A stretch of DNA of 64,000 bases, from the NCBI GenBank assembly GCA_044342325.1, contig JBIIPZ010000011.1:1-64000 (forward strand). Direction: 5' to 3'. The position numbers and the translations under genes were made by a program. Origin of the DNA: Terrimicrobiaceae bacterium. GTDB lineage: Bacteria; Verrucomicrobiota; Verrucomicrobiia; Chthoniobacterales; Terrimicrobiaceae. Under the pieces are notes generated by a model. The model had not been told where the DNA came from and did no database searches. It worked only from the letters and a program-made list of their open reading frames with translations. The stretch's first letter is position 1, and the number at the start of each line of letters is the position of its first letter. Positions 36,351 to 46,624 of the stretch are shown here, piece after piece.

Positions 36351-37414
36351 CACGCCTCCCCCTCTTTGCCGTGCTGGCACTCCTTCACTTCACGACCTCT
36401 CTTTTCGCGGCCCAACAAAATTTACGCGTCGGAGTCGCTGGGCAACCGCCGTTTATCAATGCGGAAAGCACTCCAACTGGAGCAGCGGTGGATATCTGGG
36501 AGAAGATCGCGGCGGCAAATGGCTGGGGCTTCGACTACACCCGCTTCGATAGTATAGAAAGTGGACTCCAAGCTATTACGGACGGATCGGTCGATATTCT
36601 TGTCGGAAATGCTCCAATCAACAAGGACAACCTCGCCCGCGTTGAGTTTTCCCAGCCCTTCTTCCACTCCGGCCTTCAAATCCTCACCACCGACAACCAG
36701 AAAACCATTCAATCCCGGCTATTTAGCGACATCAAAGACCTGATGAAGCTGGAAATCTTCTGGGTGATTCTGGGCGGCATAATCATACTTACAACGGCTG
36801 TTTTTTTCTTTGAACGAAAACATAATGCAGATTTTCCAAAGGGACGCAAGGAAGGGATTGCGGAGGCTTTTTACTATGTCATGACCTTGGCTTTGACGGG
36901 AAAATCGGTTTACAAGGGATTCCCAGGTGTTTTGGGCAGGATGGTGCTGCTGCTGTGGGTTTTGCTCGGAATCATCTCGGTCGCCTATGTCACATCCAGC
37001 ATCACCAGCGCTATGACGGTCGAGAAGTTATCAAACACGATCGAGAACCCGCGCGACCTCCAGCGCAAGACTGTGGCTGTGTTAGCCGATTCGCCGGCGG
37101 AAGTTTTTGTCAAAAATGCGGGTATCGATGAAATTCCAGTAAATAATATCCAGGACGCTGTAAAAGAGTTACTTGCAAAGCATGCGAACGCAGTCGTGGC
37201 GGATGCCGCCGTGCTGCAATCCTTCGACTTCAATAACCCAAGACTTCCTCTGCGCGTTGTGGGCCGGGTTTTCCAAGTCGAGAACTACGGCTTCGCCATG
37301 CCGATCGGTAGCCCGCTGAGAATGCCGCTGAATCGTGAACTGGCAAAGATGCAGGAATCCCAACAAATTCATACGATCCTCGCCGGATACTTCGGCGAGG
37401 CCAATGTGCAATAA
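36344..37414 (+). CDS. GluR0-like protein: split amino-acid-binding domain with ion-channel segment
   Basis: Signal peptide, S1 (QPPF...VEFSQPFFHSGLQI), TM1, pore helix EAFYYVMTLALTG, TM2 ending YVTSSITSAMTV, S2 (ENYGFAMPIGSPLR). Confidence 0.82.
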   Translation: MVTRLPLFAVLALLHFTTSLFAAQQNLRVGVAGQPPFINAESTPTGAAVDIWEKIAAANGWGFDYTRFDSIESGLQAITDGSVDILVGNAPINKDNLARVEFSQPFFHSGLQILTTDNQKTIQSRLFSDIKDLMKLEIFWVILGGIIILTTAVFFFERKHNADFPKGRKEGIAEAFYYVMTLALTGKSVYKGFPGVLGRMVLLLWVLLGIISVAYVTSSITSAMTVEKLSNTIENPRDLQRKTVAVLADSPAEVFVKNAGIDEIPVNNIQDAVKELLAKHANAVVADAAVLQSFDFNNPRLPLRVVGRVFQVENYGFAMPIGSPLRMPLNRELAKMQESQQIHTILAGYFGEANVQ

Positions 37415-37439
37415 CATTGCCCCCAGACGGAGCAGTCTC

Positions 37440-37979
37440 TCAGAGGATTCCGAGCTTCATTTTACCCGCTTCACTGATCATGGACTGGTTCCATGCGGGA
37501 TCCCAAACGAGCTCGACATCGGCCTCGTCGATTCCTTCAAGGGCGAGGATTTTGCTGCGCGCATCGGCTGCGATCGTCGGGCCCATGCCGCAACCTGGAG
37601 CAGTGAGAGTCATTTTCACAAGAACGGATGTGGTTCCATTTTCTTGCGTCCGGACATCGCAATCGTAGATGAGGCCGAGGTCCACGACATTGACGGGAAT
37701 CTCGGGATCGAAAACCAATTTGAGCTGATTCCAAACCGCCTCTTGCTTGCTGCCTTCCACCTTCACCTTTTCGATACCCTTGGCTGGATCCAGCCCGAGC
37801 GCATCGGCATCCTTTAGATCAATACGGGCCAAGCCACCGGGAGTCGCCACAGTGAATGTGCCGCCCAGAGATTGAGTGATGACCACCTCCATGCCCGCAG
37901 GCAGAACGATGGGATGACCGCTTGGAATTTGCACCGCGTCGCAATCGCGGCTGAGTGTGATTTCGCCTTGTGTGTCCAT
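37440..37979 (-). CDS. sufT: Fe-S cluster assembly protein SufT
   Basis: ITQSLGGTFTV, VFDPEIPVNVVDLGLIY, MTLTAPGCGMG, VWDPAW. Confidence 0.92.
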   Translation of the reverse strand: MDTQGEITLSRDCDAVQIPSGHPIVLPAGMEVVITQSLGGTFTVATPGGLARIDLKDADALGLDPAKGIEKVKVEGSKQEAVWNQLKLVFDPEIPVNVVDLGLIYDCDVRTQENGTTSVLVKMTLTAPGCGMGPTIAADARSKILALEGIDEADVELVWDPAWNQSMISEAGKMKLGIL

Positions 37980-38075
37980 TGCCGATGACTCGTATTTGCC
38001 CGCGAAGCCCGTGTCGAGGGGATTTTCCGCTTGATCACGCGGCTTGTGGCACCGATGATTCAGGCTCTGCGCACC

Positions 38076-38157
38076 GCTCGGGTGGCGAAATTGGCAGACG
38101 CGCCAGACTTAGGATCTGGTTCCGCAAGGAATGTGGGTTCGAGTCCCACCCCGAGCA
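38076..38157 (+). tRNA. tRNA-Leu(TAG), CCA not encoded
   Basis: Acceptor GCTCGGG/CCCGAGC, anticodon arm CCAGA-CTTAGGA-TCTGG, long variable arm, T-arm GTGGGTTCGAGTCCCAC. Confidence 0.96.
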
Positions 38158-38329
38158 CTCCCCGCCCCCTTCCATTGGCGAGTCCGATGGATTCAGCGTT
38201 CGCGGGTGGGTCAAGATTTTATTTGTGACAGATGAAACTTTTTTCCACCTTCAAAGGTGACTTTTTTCTTGAGGGGGGTGGGATGGAATTTTATTCTCAG
38301 GCCGCTGGCAAGGACAACAACTGCCAGTC

Positions 38330-38349
38330 TGTGTATAACTTGTGAATAA
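38330..38349. promoter_or_regulatory. Tandem DnaA boxes upstream of dnaA
   Basis: TGTGTATAA-CT-TGTGAATAA, both matching the TTWTNCACA consensus on the minus strand. Confidence 0.8.
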
Positions 38350-38588
38350 CTCGACCTCGTCTATGGAAACCCTTGAGCGCTATCCAGCGTGCGCTGATGC
38401 AGGGGCATCGGGGAGGTTTGTGGCCGGAAAAATTCACATTATCGCAAGTTGCCTTTACTCAGTATTTAATTCTTCAGAAAAACGGACTCTCTCTACCTCC
38501 AATAACGAATGGTCGAGCCGATTGACCAGATTTTTTGCAACCTTCAGCCCAGCTATTGCCAATTTTGCCTTTGGCGAATAAGACACCC

Positions 38589-39932
38589 ATGATGACATTA
38601 GATTCCACCCTCTGGACACGGATTTCCAAGCGGATCAGGGAGCGCGTGAGCGCCGATGGATTTGAGCGCTGGTTCTCCGGCATTCAAATTGCCTCTTTCG
38701 CCGACAATGTCCTGACGCTTTCGGTTCCGAATCCGATCCACCAATTTTTTATCGAGAGCAATTATCTCCCGATTGTAAAAGAGGCAGTGCTTGAAGAAAT
38801 GCCCGGGATGACTTCGATACAGCTCCAAAGCGCGGGAGAGGCCGAGATGCCCGCCCGCCCAGCACCTGCTGCCGCAAAGCCCGCCAAGGAAAAGCCCGCT
38901 GGAGCGCAGTTGCAGGGCCTGAACCCTCGCAACCGGTTCGATTCTTTTGTCGTCGGCACGAACAACGAGTTCGCGCACTCGGCCGCCCTCGCGGTAGCCA
39001 ATTCTCCGGCCATTACCTATAATCCGCTCTTCGTTTACGGCGTGAGCGGTCTGGGAAAAACCCACCTCCTGCACGCCATCGGCCACCATGTGCTCGCCAA
39101 GGGCAAGGCGTCGAAGATCGTTTATCTCTCGAGCGAGCAGTTCACGAACGAGTTCATCGATGCGATTCAGCACGGGACGCTGGTGAAATTCCGCAAAAAA
39201 TACCGTCAGGCGGATGTTCTATTGATCGACGACATTCAATTTTTTGCCGGCAAAGAACGCAGCCAGGAGGAATTTTTCCATACCTTCAACGCGCTTCACG
39301 ACGCCCACAAACAAATCGTCCTCTCGAGCGACCGCCCGGCCAGCGAAATCGAAAAGCTCGAGCAACGCCTTGTTTCCCGCTTCGAGTGGGGCATGACGGC
39401 GGAAATCCAGCCGCCTGACACCGAGACACGTATCGCGATCCTTCGCAGCAAGGCGGCAAGCCTGAACCTCACCCTCGAGCCATGGATCATGGAATTTCTG
39501 GCCGACAAGATTCGTAACAATGTGCGGCGCCTCGAAGGAGCCCTCATGCGCGTAGCATCCTACAAATCATTGAGCGATCGAGAGATCACGCGCGACGTCA
39601 TCGAGAATCTTCTGCGCGATATTTTCCAAGAGCAGGCCAAGAAAGCGGTCACGATCGACCAAATCCAGCGCTGTGTGGCCGAGCATTTCGATGTGCGCAT
39701 TGCGGACATGAGCAGCAAACGCCGCCCCGCCAACATCGCTCTGGCCCGTCAATATGCCATGTATCTGAGCCGCCAGCACACCAGCATGCCGCTCACGGAC
39801 ATCGGAGATGCCTTCGGCGGCCGGGATCACGGCACCGTCATTCATGCCTGCAAATTGATCAAGCAGCGCATGGAGGACGATGAAAAGACACGTCAGATCG
39901 TCAGCCTGCTAGACAGCAAGCTGCAGCGCTGA
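38589..39932 (+). CDS. dnaA: Chromosomal replication initiator DnaA
   Basis: YNPLFVYGVSGLGKTHL, LLIDDIQF, QEEFFHTFN, NVRRLEGAL, FGGRDHGTVIHA. Confidence 0.97.
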   Translation: MMTLDSTLWTRISKRIRERVSADGFERWFSGIQIASFADNVLTLSVPNPIHQFFIESNYLPIVKEAVLEEMPGMTSIQLQSAGEAEMPARPAPAAAKPAKEKPAGAQLQGLNPRNRFDSFVVGTNNEFAHSAALAVANSPAITYNPLFVYGVSGLGKTHLLHAIGHHVLAKGKASKIVYLSSEQFTNEFIDAIQHGTLVKFRKKYRQADVLLIDDIQFFAGKERSQEEFFHTFNALHDAHKQIVLSSDRPASEIEKLEQRLVSRFEWGMTAEIQPPDTETRIAILRSKAASLNLTLEPWIMEFLADKIRNNVRRLEGALMRVASYKSLSDREITRDVIENLLRDIFQEQAKKAVTIDQIQRCVAEHFDVRIADMSSKRRPANIALARQYAMYLSRQHTSMPLTDIGDAFGGRDHGTVIHACKLIKQRMEDDEKTRQIVSLLDSKLQR

Positions 39933-39986
39933 TTTGCGCCCATCGGAGCTGGATTTTCCAAGCAGACCCAAGGCCTGAAACATCGC

Positions 39987-40526
39987 ATGGATATTGTTTA
40001 TTTCGACCTTGAGACCCAGCGGACGGCGAACGATGTCGGGGGCTGGGATAAAAAGCACGAAATGGGGATGTCACTCGGCGTGACCTACAGCTCGCGGGAC
40101 AATTGCTACGAGATTTTCGGCGAGGACCGCGCCGAGCATCTGGTAAAGCGCCTGCAGAGGGCAGACCTCGTCGTGGGCTTCAACCATGTGCGCTTTGATT
40201 ACGATGTGCTCATGGCCTACACGATCCTCGACCTGCGGGAGAACCTTGTTTCCTTCGACATCCTGCAAGATGTTGAGCGCATCGCAGGCCACCGCCTCAA
40301 GCTTGAAGACATCGCCCAAGCCACACTCGGCGTCGGGAAGACAGCCGACGGCCTCGACGCGATCCGCTGGTGGCGCGAAGGCAAGATTCTCGAGATCGCG
40401 AAATACTGCTGCTTCGATGTGAAGGTGACCCGCCTTGTCCATGAATACGGGGCCGCGAACAAAAAAATCTTTTTCAACGACCGCTTCGGCCGCAAGAACT
40501 GCCTCGAGGTGGATTGGAGCCTATGA
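39987..40526 (+). CDS. RNase H-like (YprB/RNase_H_2) DEDD exonuclease domain protein
   Basis: VYFDLETQ, VVGFNHVRFD, LKLEDIAQATLG, YCCFDV. Confidence 0.85.
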   Translation: MDIVYFDLETQRTANDVGGWDKKHEMGMSLGVTYSSRDNCYEIFGEDRAEHLVKRLQRADLVVGFNHVRFDYDVLMAYTILDLRENLVSFDILQDVERIAGHRLKLEDIAQATLGVGKTADGLDAIRWWREGKILEIAKYCCFDVKVTRLVHEYGAANKKIFFNDRFGRKNCLEVDWSL

Positions 40527-41791
40527 TCCAGGCCCTCAAAACACCGCGCAACACCTGGCATCTGCACTGGCTGGATCTCGAAGAGCCCGTTCCAAGCGGA
40601 GCAGACTGGTTTTTGCCCACGCTGGTTGTCATCTGCGACCGCACCGGGGCACCGATCGCACCGCCTGAGCTGATGGAGGAACTCGACCAGGCGCGCATTG
40701 AAAATCTTCTTTATCGAATTCTAGATAAAACTCCCCCACCCGATCAGCTCCTGATTCCGCAGAACCCGGATTGGGAGGAGGAGGACTGGCGAGCCTTCTC
40801 GGCGGAGTCGAAAATCAACATCCGCTTCACGCCGGCGACGAAGGCTATTTCGGAAGAACTCCAAGCCGTCACCAGCCTGCTCGTGCTGCGAAACGGCCGC
40901 CCGGAACAAGCCCTGCCCGCGCCGCGCGATGTCGCTGCAGGCCTCGTCCGCACCGCCCTGCGCCTGCGTTCCCAGTCAAAGAAGCAAGCGCTCCTGCGCC
41001 TCGCCTTGGAGCGGGATCCAGACTGCTCCCCAGCGCGCATCGAGTTGGCGGATGTGGAATTCAGCGCCGGAAACTGGAAGGCTTGCGGCGATGCCTACGA
41101 CGAGATCATCCGACGCGATGCAGACCTCCGAAACCATCCGAAGACAATCTGGTGGAAAGACCACGCGACCCGTCCCTACTTGCGCGCCATCTATGGCCGG
41201 GCCATGACGAACTGGCATCTCGGTCATTTCACCGAAGCCAGCGCCGGGCTCGAGGATCTCCTGGCTTGCAATCCCGCCGACAACCAAGGCACCCGGTTTT
41301 TTATCCCCATGCTCCACCTGCTGGCAGAAGCTCCAGACAAAGCGGCGAAATTTTTTGCACGCTACGAGCAGGACTATCCGTCCGACTTCAAGGAACCGTC
41401 TTTCATTTTCGGGTGGGCACTCAGTTGCTCGCTGGAGAGCCGCGAGAGCGAGGCGAGAGAGAAATACATTGAGGCCATGCTGCGAAACATCTACATCGCC
41501 CCGATGCTGCTCGAAACTCCGGAGCCGCCGAAAAACTTGTGGTTCGCCAACGACCGTGCCGAACCCACCTATGCTGCCGATTTTATCCAGAGCTACGCCG
41601 TGCTCTGGGACCGTGAACCCGGAGCACTCCGTCTCCTGCGCGAGGTCTGGCAGGAAATTCAGCCGCGCATCGAAAAAATCATTCGCCAACGCGAGAACAT
41701 GCTCGACCTACAAGACCAGCGCTACGATCCGGATTTCAAAACCAAATGGCAGAACCTCGCCAACGACGAGGAGAAGCTCACGACGCCGTGA
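40523..41791 (+). CDS. TPR-containing hypothetical protein
   Basis: TRPYLRAIYG, LLACNPADNQGTRF helical repeats; ATGA overlap with upstream gene. Confidence 0.75.
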   Translation: MIQALKTPRNTWHLHWLDLEEPVPSGADWFLPTLVVICDRTGAPIAPPELMEELDQARIENLLYRILDKTPPPDQLLIPQNPDWEEEDWRAFSAESKINIRFTPATKAISEELQAVTSLLVLRNGRPEQALPAPRDVAAGLVRTALRLRSQSKKQALLRLALERDPDCSPARIELADVEFSAGNWKACGDAYDEIIRRDADLRNHPKTIWWKDHATRPYLRAIYGRAMTNWHLGHFTEASAGLEDLLACNPADNQGTRFFIPMLHLLAEAPDKAAKFFARYEQDYPSDFKEPSFIFGWALSCSLESRESEAREKYIEAMLRNIYIAPMLLETPEPPKNLWFANDRAEPTYAADFIQSYAVLWDREPGALRLLREVWQEIQPRIEKIIRQRENMLDLQDQRYDPDFKTKWQNLANDEEKLTTP

Positions 41792-42762
41792 TCACGGCGG
41801 GAGCCTTCCTGCGCGACCTCCAGAACGAACTGGGCGGCTCAATCCCCTTTGAGCGCTTCATGCAAGCGGCACTCTACCATCCCGCCTTCGGCTACTACTC
41901 CGCGCGCATACACACCGTAGGACGGCGGGGAGACTTCTCGACCATGGCCACGCTCGACCGCTCGCTGGCGCAGGGAATCGCCTCGTGGATTGAAAAACAC
42001 AGCGCCCGCGATGTCATTGAAATCGGTGCCGGCAGTGGGCAACTCGCCCACGACATCCTAACCTCCCTCGGGTGGTGGAAACGCCTCCGCCTCCGCTACC
42101 ACATTGTCGAAGTTTCCACACCGCTCCGCGAGGCACAGAAAAAATTCCTGCGAGGCCGGCGTGTCACATGGCACGAGAGTCTTCCGACCGCTCTGGATCA
42201 ACTCGGCGGGTGCGCCCACATTTTTTCCAATGAACTTGTGGACGCTTTTCCCTGCCGGGTTTTCGAGCGCACCGAGACGGACTGGCAGGAACTCCATGTG
42301 CGCATCGAGGGCGGGAGGTGCAACGAAATCCTACGCCCCTGCACAATCCCGGAGTCCACGGTTTTCCATCAACCCTTCCAAGCTGGCCAGCGTGTGGAGG
42401 TGCATGAGTCCTACCGCGACTGGCTTCGGGACTGGGCCCCGAAATGGAAATCCGGCGCCATGCTCACAATCGACTACGGAGACACCATGCCGGCGCTCTA
42501 TCACAGACGACCGGCAGGCAGCCTGCGCGGCTACGCGGCCCATCAAGTCCTCACAGGCACAGACATCTACCAAGCGCCCGGTCGTTGCGATCTCACGGCA
42601 GATGTGAATTTTTCCGACCTCGAAACCCGGGGCGATCAACAGGGGTGGCACCGCCTCTCGCATTCGACTCTTGCCGATTTCCTCGCACCGAACCTCCCCA
42701 CCCGCTTCCAAGCTGCGGCAGAGGCATTCCGCGTGCTCGAGCAGTCGCTCGGCCGTGCCTGA
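41788..42762 (+). CDS. SAM-dependent methyltransferase, MidA/NDUFAF7 family
   Basis: FERFMQAALYHPAFGYY, GDFST, EIGAGSG, SNELVDAFP, TIDYG, DLTADVNF. Confidence 0.9.
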   Translation: MITAGAFLRDLQNELGGSIPFERFMQAALYHPAFGYYSARIHTVGRRGDFSTMATLDRSLAQGIASWIEKHSARDVIEIGAGSGQLAHDILTSLGWWKRLRLRYHIVEVSTPLREAQKKFLRGRRVTWHESLPTALDQLGGCAHIFSNELVDAFPCRVFERTETDWQELHVRIEGGRCNEILRPCTIPESTVFHQPFQAGQRVEVHESYRDWLRDWAPKWKSGAMLTIDYGDTMPALYHRRPAGSLRGYAAHQVLTGTDIYQAPGRCDLTADVNFSDLETRGDQQGWHRLSHSTLADFLAPNLPTRFQAAAEAFRVLEQSLGRA

Positions 42763-42913
42763 CTGAAAAAAATCAGCGCACACGCCTCTTTTGGGTTGCC
42801 TCGTTTCGAGCGTCTGATAGAACAACCGCTCTTCGAAATCGGGAAGGCGCACTGCCGAGTGATCGGTCCCGCCATCGCACTCCTGAATTCGAAGCCGACT
42901 TGCTCGAAGAACC

Positions 42914-43774
42914 ATGCCGTTTTCTACTATTTTAGCAGCCGCAATCACACTTGATGCACCGACAATTTTCCCGTCATCGCAGGGAGAACCATTCATTGAG
43001 TGGCTGTCGAATTCCATTTTCGTTAGTGCCGTCGTAGCGACCTTCATCATCTGGTTCGCACGCAAAGCAACCAAAAATATGACCGTCGTTCCGGGGCCGA
43101 CGCAGAATTTTTTTGAAGGGGTCGTTCAGGGTCTCTACGACCTCATCGAAAGCATCGTGGGCGGGCATATGGTGGCGCGGGTTTTTTCCCTGCTGGCAAC
43201 ATTGTTCATCTTCATCATTGTCTCAAACTGGTTCGCGCTCATGCCTGGAGTGGGCTCCATAGGCTGGGGCCAACCAAGTAACTATGGCTTCGAGGTTACA
43301 GCACCTCTTCTGCGGCCGACGACTGCGGATATGAACATGACTTTGGCCATGGCAGTCGTATTCATGTTTTTCTGGCTCTACTGGTCCATTGGTGAAGTCG
43401 GGTTAAAAGGTTTTCTCAGCCACATCTTCGGCGTCAAAGGAGGCCTCACTGGATTCATGGCTATTGCTTTGATTCCGATTTTCCTCTTCGTCGGCCTGAT
43501 AGAAGTTGTGTCCATGGCCTTTCGCCCCGTCTCGCTTTCGTTGCGACTGTTCGGAAACGTCTTTGCGGGCGAAAACCTGCTGACGACCATGATCACTCTT
43601 GGCAAGAGCCTAGGCTTGCCGGAGTGGATGGCCTACGTCAGCTCGATAACGGTTCCCATTCCGTTTTATTTCTTGGAAATTTTGATTGGGCTCTTACAGG
43701 CGACAGTCTTTATGCTCCTCTGCTCCGTTTACATCCAACTTTCCACTTCGCATGACGAAGAGGAGGGGCACTGA
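42914..43774 (+). CDS. atpB: F0F1 ATP synthase subunit a
   Basis: RPTTADMN, FRPVSLSLRLFGNVFAGE, GLLQATVF. Confidence 0.96.
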   Translation: MPFSTILAAAITLDAPTIFPSSQGEPFIEWLSNSIFVSAVVATFIIWFARKATKNMTVVPGPTQNFFEGVVQGLYDLIESIVGGHMVARVFSLLATLFIFIIVSNWFALMPGVGSIGWGQPSNYGFEVTAPLLRPTTADMNMTLAMAVVFMFFWLYWSIGEVGLKGFLSHIFGVKGGLTGFMAIALIPIFLFVGLIEVVSMAFRPVSLSLRLFGNVFAGENLLTTMITLGKSLGLPEWMAYVSSITVPIPFYFLEILIGLLQATVFMLLCSVYIQLSTSHDEEEGH

Positions 43775-43849
43775 TTTTTAACACTTTTTCCACCGGGACC
43801 GTGGCAAAGACTGCGGGCGGCGGAGAAAAAACCAATAGGAAACAATAAA

Positions 43850-44092
43850 ATGATACCACAACTCATCGCAGAAGCGGCTGCTACAGCCGGAGGAATCACA
43901 GGCAGCTTCACCCTCGCCATCGCTGGCTCGGCAGCAGCCATCGGCATCGGAATGATCGGCTCCAAAGCCGTTGAAGCCGTCGGACGCAACCCAAATGCTT
44001 CCGGAAAAGTTCTGACTCTGAGCATTATCGGAATGGCTCTCGCAGAGGCCATCGCGATTTACGCTCTCATCCTCGCCTTCCAAGGCCGCTAA
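43850..44092 (+). CDS. atpE: F0F1 ATP synthase subunit c
   Basis: AIGIGMIG, VGRNP, ALAEAIAIY. Confidence 0.96.
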   Translation: MIPQLIAEAAATAGGITGSFTLAIAGSAAAIGIGMIGSKAVEAVGRNPNASGKVLTLSIIGMALAEAIAIYALILAFQGR

Positions 44093-44100
44093 TGTTTCAC

Positions 44101-44131
44101 CCGGAACCGTCCGTCAGTCGGGCGGTTCCGG
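44101..44131 (+). other. Intra-operon stem-loop after atpE
   Basis: CCGGAACCGTCCG-tcagt-CGGGCGGTTCCGG. Confidence 0.65.
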
Positions 44132-44168
44132 AAAACCATTTTTAAACCAAAAACCAGCCCTTTTTTTA

Positions 44169-44669
44169 ATGGATCAGCTCCTCACTCAGTTCGGTATTGC
44201 TTGGCCTAAGTTCCTCGCGCAAGTCATTTTGTTTTTGATTGTGTATGCGATCCTCAGGAAGTTCGCCTTCGGACCGATCATCGCCATTTTCGAGCAGCGC
44301 CGCCGCACGATCGAAGAGGGACAGTCGAACGCCGAGAAAATCAAGAAACAACTCGCCGAATCCGAAATCCGCTGCCAGGAAATCCTCCGCAAAGCGAACA
44401 GCGACGCCCAGCGCATCATCGACGAAGCCCGTGCATCGAGCGAAGCCTCGACTCAGAAACACATCCAGCAAGCTGTCAAAGACGCCGAGAATATCATCGT
44501 CAAAGCCAACGAGAGCGTTTCTCTGGAGCGCGCCCGCATGGTAGCCGAGGTCAAATCAGAAATGGTTCATCTCGTTGTAGACACCACAGCCAAAGTCGTC
44601 GGTAAAGTCCTGACCGAAGCCGACCAAGAGCGCCTCGCCAGCGAGACCTCGAAACAACTCGCCGCCTGA
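44169..44669 (+). CDS. atpF: F0F1 ATP synthase subunit b
   Basis: N-terminal TM, FAFGPII...RRRTI, coiled coil; operon position. Confidence 0.95.
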   Translation: MDQLLTQFGIAWPKFLAQVILFLIVYAILRKFAFGPIIAIFEQRRRTIEEGQSNAEKIKKQLAESEIRCQEILRKANSDAQRIIDEARASSEASTQKHIQQAVKDAENIIVKANESVSLERARMVAEVKSEMVHLVVDTTAKVVGKVLTEADQERLASETSKQLAA

Positions 44670-44679
44670 TCCTCTCGCC

Positions 44680-45066
44680 ATGAAACTCAGCCGGGAAGCA
44701 CGCCGCCAATCCAAGGAACTTTTCGACCTGTCCATCGTGGACGGCCGACTCGATGAAAACCGCTTGCGCACGATCGCCACGGAAATCGTCGAGAAAAAGC
44801 CTCGCCACTATGTGCAGATGCTGAAATTCATAACCCACCTCACCCGCCTGGAAGTCGCACGCCACCATGCTGTTGTTGAGAGCGCAACACAACTCTCGGA
44901 TGAAAAACGCAGCGAGATTTCATCCAATCTCGCCACTAAATTCGGCAAAATCACAACAGAGTTCCGCCACGCACCCAGCCTAATCGGCGGCCTTCGCGTG
45001 AAACTCGGTAGCAATGTCTGGGATGGCAGCATCCAATCCCGCCTCGAAACACTTAAACAATCCTGA
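44680..45066 (+). CDS. atpH: F0F1 ATP synthase subunit delta (short form)
   Basis: [30 protein letters not shown]. Confidence 0.9.
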   Translation: MKLSREARRQSKELFDLSIVDGRLDENRLRTIATEIVEKKPRHYVQMLKFITHLTRLEVARHHAVVESATQLSDEKRSEISSNLATKFGKITTEFRHAPSLIGGLRVKLGSNVWDGSIQSRLETLKQS

Positions 45067-45079
45067 TCCAACCACTCAC

Positions 45080-46618
45080 ATGAGCAACATCGTCCTCGAA
45101 CTCGAAGAAAAAATCAGCGCGGTCAAAAGCAATGCCGCCCGCCAAACAAACGTGGGAACCGTCCGTGAAATCGGCGACGGTATCGCCCGCGTCGAAGGCC
45201 TCAGCGCAGTTAAACTCAATGAAATGGTTGAGTTTCCGAATGGAATCACAGGAATTGCCCTGAACCTCGAGGAAACAGAAGTCGGCGTCATCGTGCTCGG
45301 CGACTACACAAAGGTCAGCGAAGGTGCCGAAGTCAAGACCACCGGCAAGCTCCTCTCCGTTCCCGTAGGAAAAGGCCTCCTCGGCCGCGTGGTGGACGCC
45401 CTCGGACGCCCGATCGACGGCAAGGGCCCGATCCCGCACGACACCTCCTACCCTGTTGAAAAAATCGCCCCGGGCATCATCAAACGCCGCTCGGTCAGCC
45501 AACCCGTGCAAACAGGCATCATGAGCGTTGACGCTATGATTCCCGTCGGTCGCGGTCAGCGCGAACTCATCATCGGCGATCGCGCCACCGGAAAAACGAC
45601 GATTGCGATTGATACAATTATCAATCAGGCAAAAATCAACCGCGCCGCCGAAGAAAGCGGTGACCCGAATTTCCGCCCTCTCTATTCCATCTATGTTGGA
45701 ATCGGACAGAAAAATGCGAATATCGCCCGTGTTGTCAGCACATTAGAAGCGAACGACGCGTTGAAATACACCATCATCGTCGCTGCTACTGCATCTGACC
45801 CAGCTGCCGACCTCTACATCGCTCCGTTCTCAGGCGCAGCCATGGGTGAGTGGTTCATGGACAATGGCATGGACGCTCTCATTGTTTTTGACGACCTCAC
45901 AAAGCACGCGAACGCCTACCGTCAGATCTCCCTTCTCCTCAAACGCCCATCCGGCCGCGAAGCCTATCCCGGCGATGTGTTCTATCTCCACAGCCGTCTG
46001 CTCGAGCGCTCGGCTCGTCTTTCCGAGGAGGCCGGCGATGGATCCCTCACTGCTCTTCCGATCATCGAGACCCAAGCAGGTGACGTTTCGGCCTACATTC
46101 CGACGAACGTCATTTCGATCACGGACGGTCAGATTTACCTCGAGACCGACCTTTTCTATCAAGGCATCCGCCCAGCCATCTCAGTCGGTCTCTCGGTGTC
46201 CCGCGTGGGATCCGCAGCACAGATCAAGGCGATGAAGCAAGTTGCCGGTAAGATTAAGGGTGACCTCGCCCAATATCGTGAACTCGCCGCTTTTGCGCAG
46301 TTCGGATCCGATTTGGACGCTAAAACAAAGTCCACCCTCGAGCGTGGCGCCCGCATCGTCGAATTGTTCAAGCAGTCGCAATACAATCCGATCTCCGTTG
46401 AAATGCAGGCCATCATCCTCTGGTCCATGCAGAAAGGACTCTTCGACCCCGTTGCCGTCGATAAAGTCAAAGCCACGCAGAACAAGTTTGTCGAGTTCAT
46501 CGAAACACGCAAAGCGTCTCTTCTTGAGAAAGTTGGCAAGAAGCGCATGTTCGACGAAGAGGTCGAGAAGGAACTCAAGGCCGCCCTTGAGGAATTCAAG
46601 TCCTTCAACACCCTGTAA
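45080..46618 (+). CDS. atpA: F0F1 ATP synthase subunit alpha
   Basis: [52 protein letters not shown]. Confidence 0.98.
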   Translation: MSNIVLELEEKISAVKSNAARQTNVGTVREIGDGIARVEGLSAVKLNEMVEFPNGITGIALNLEETEVGVIVLGDYTKVSEGAEVKTTGKLLSVPVGKGLLGRVVDALGRPIDGKGPIPHDTSYPVEKIAPGIIKRRSVSQPVQTGIMSVDAMIPVGRGQRELIIGDRATGKTTIAIDTIINQAKINRAAEESGDPNFRPLYSIYVGIGQKNANIARVVSTLEANDALKYTIIVAATASDPAADLYIAPFSGAAMGEWFMDNGMDALIVFDDLTKHANAYRQISLLLKRPSGREAYPGDVFYLHSRLLERSARLSEEAGDGSLTALPIIETQAGDVSAYIPTNVISITDGQIYLETDLFYQGIRPAISVGLSVSRVGSAAQIKAMKQVAGKIKGDLAQYRELAAFAQFGSDLDAKTKSTLERGARIVELFKQSQYNPISVEMQAIILWSMQKGLFDPVAVDKVKATQNKFVEFIETRKASLLEKVGKKRMFDEEVEKELKAALEEFKSFNTL

Positions 46619-46624
46619 AAAACC

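Noticed and set aside
38076..38157. tRNA-Leu as an island integration site
   Set aside because: No integrase and no duplicated tRNA 3' end seen; both flanks are core genes
43850..44092. Na+-translocating or N-type ATPase
   Set aside because: Subunit c has EAIAIY rather than ES/TxxY, atpH is separate, and there is no atpR/atpQ
44094..44109. Canonical parS
   Set aside because: Only the half-site TGTTTCAC matches; the rest belongs to the post-atpE hairpin
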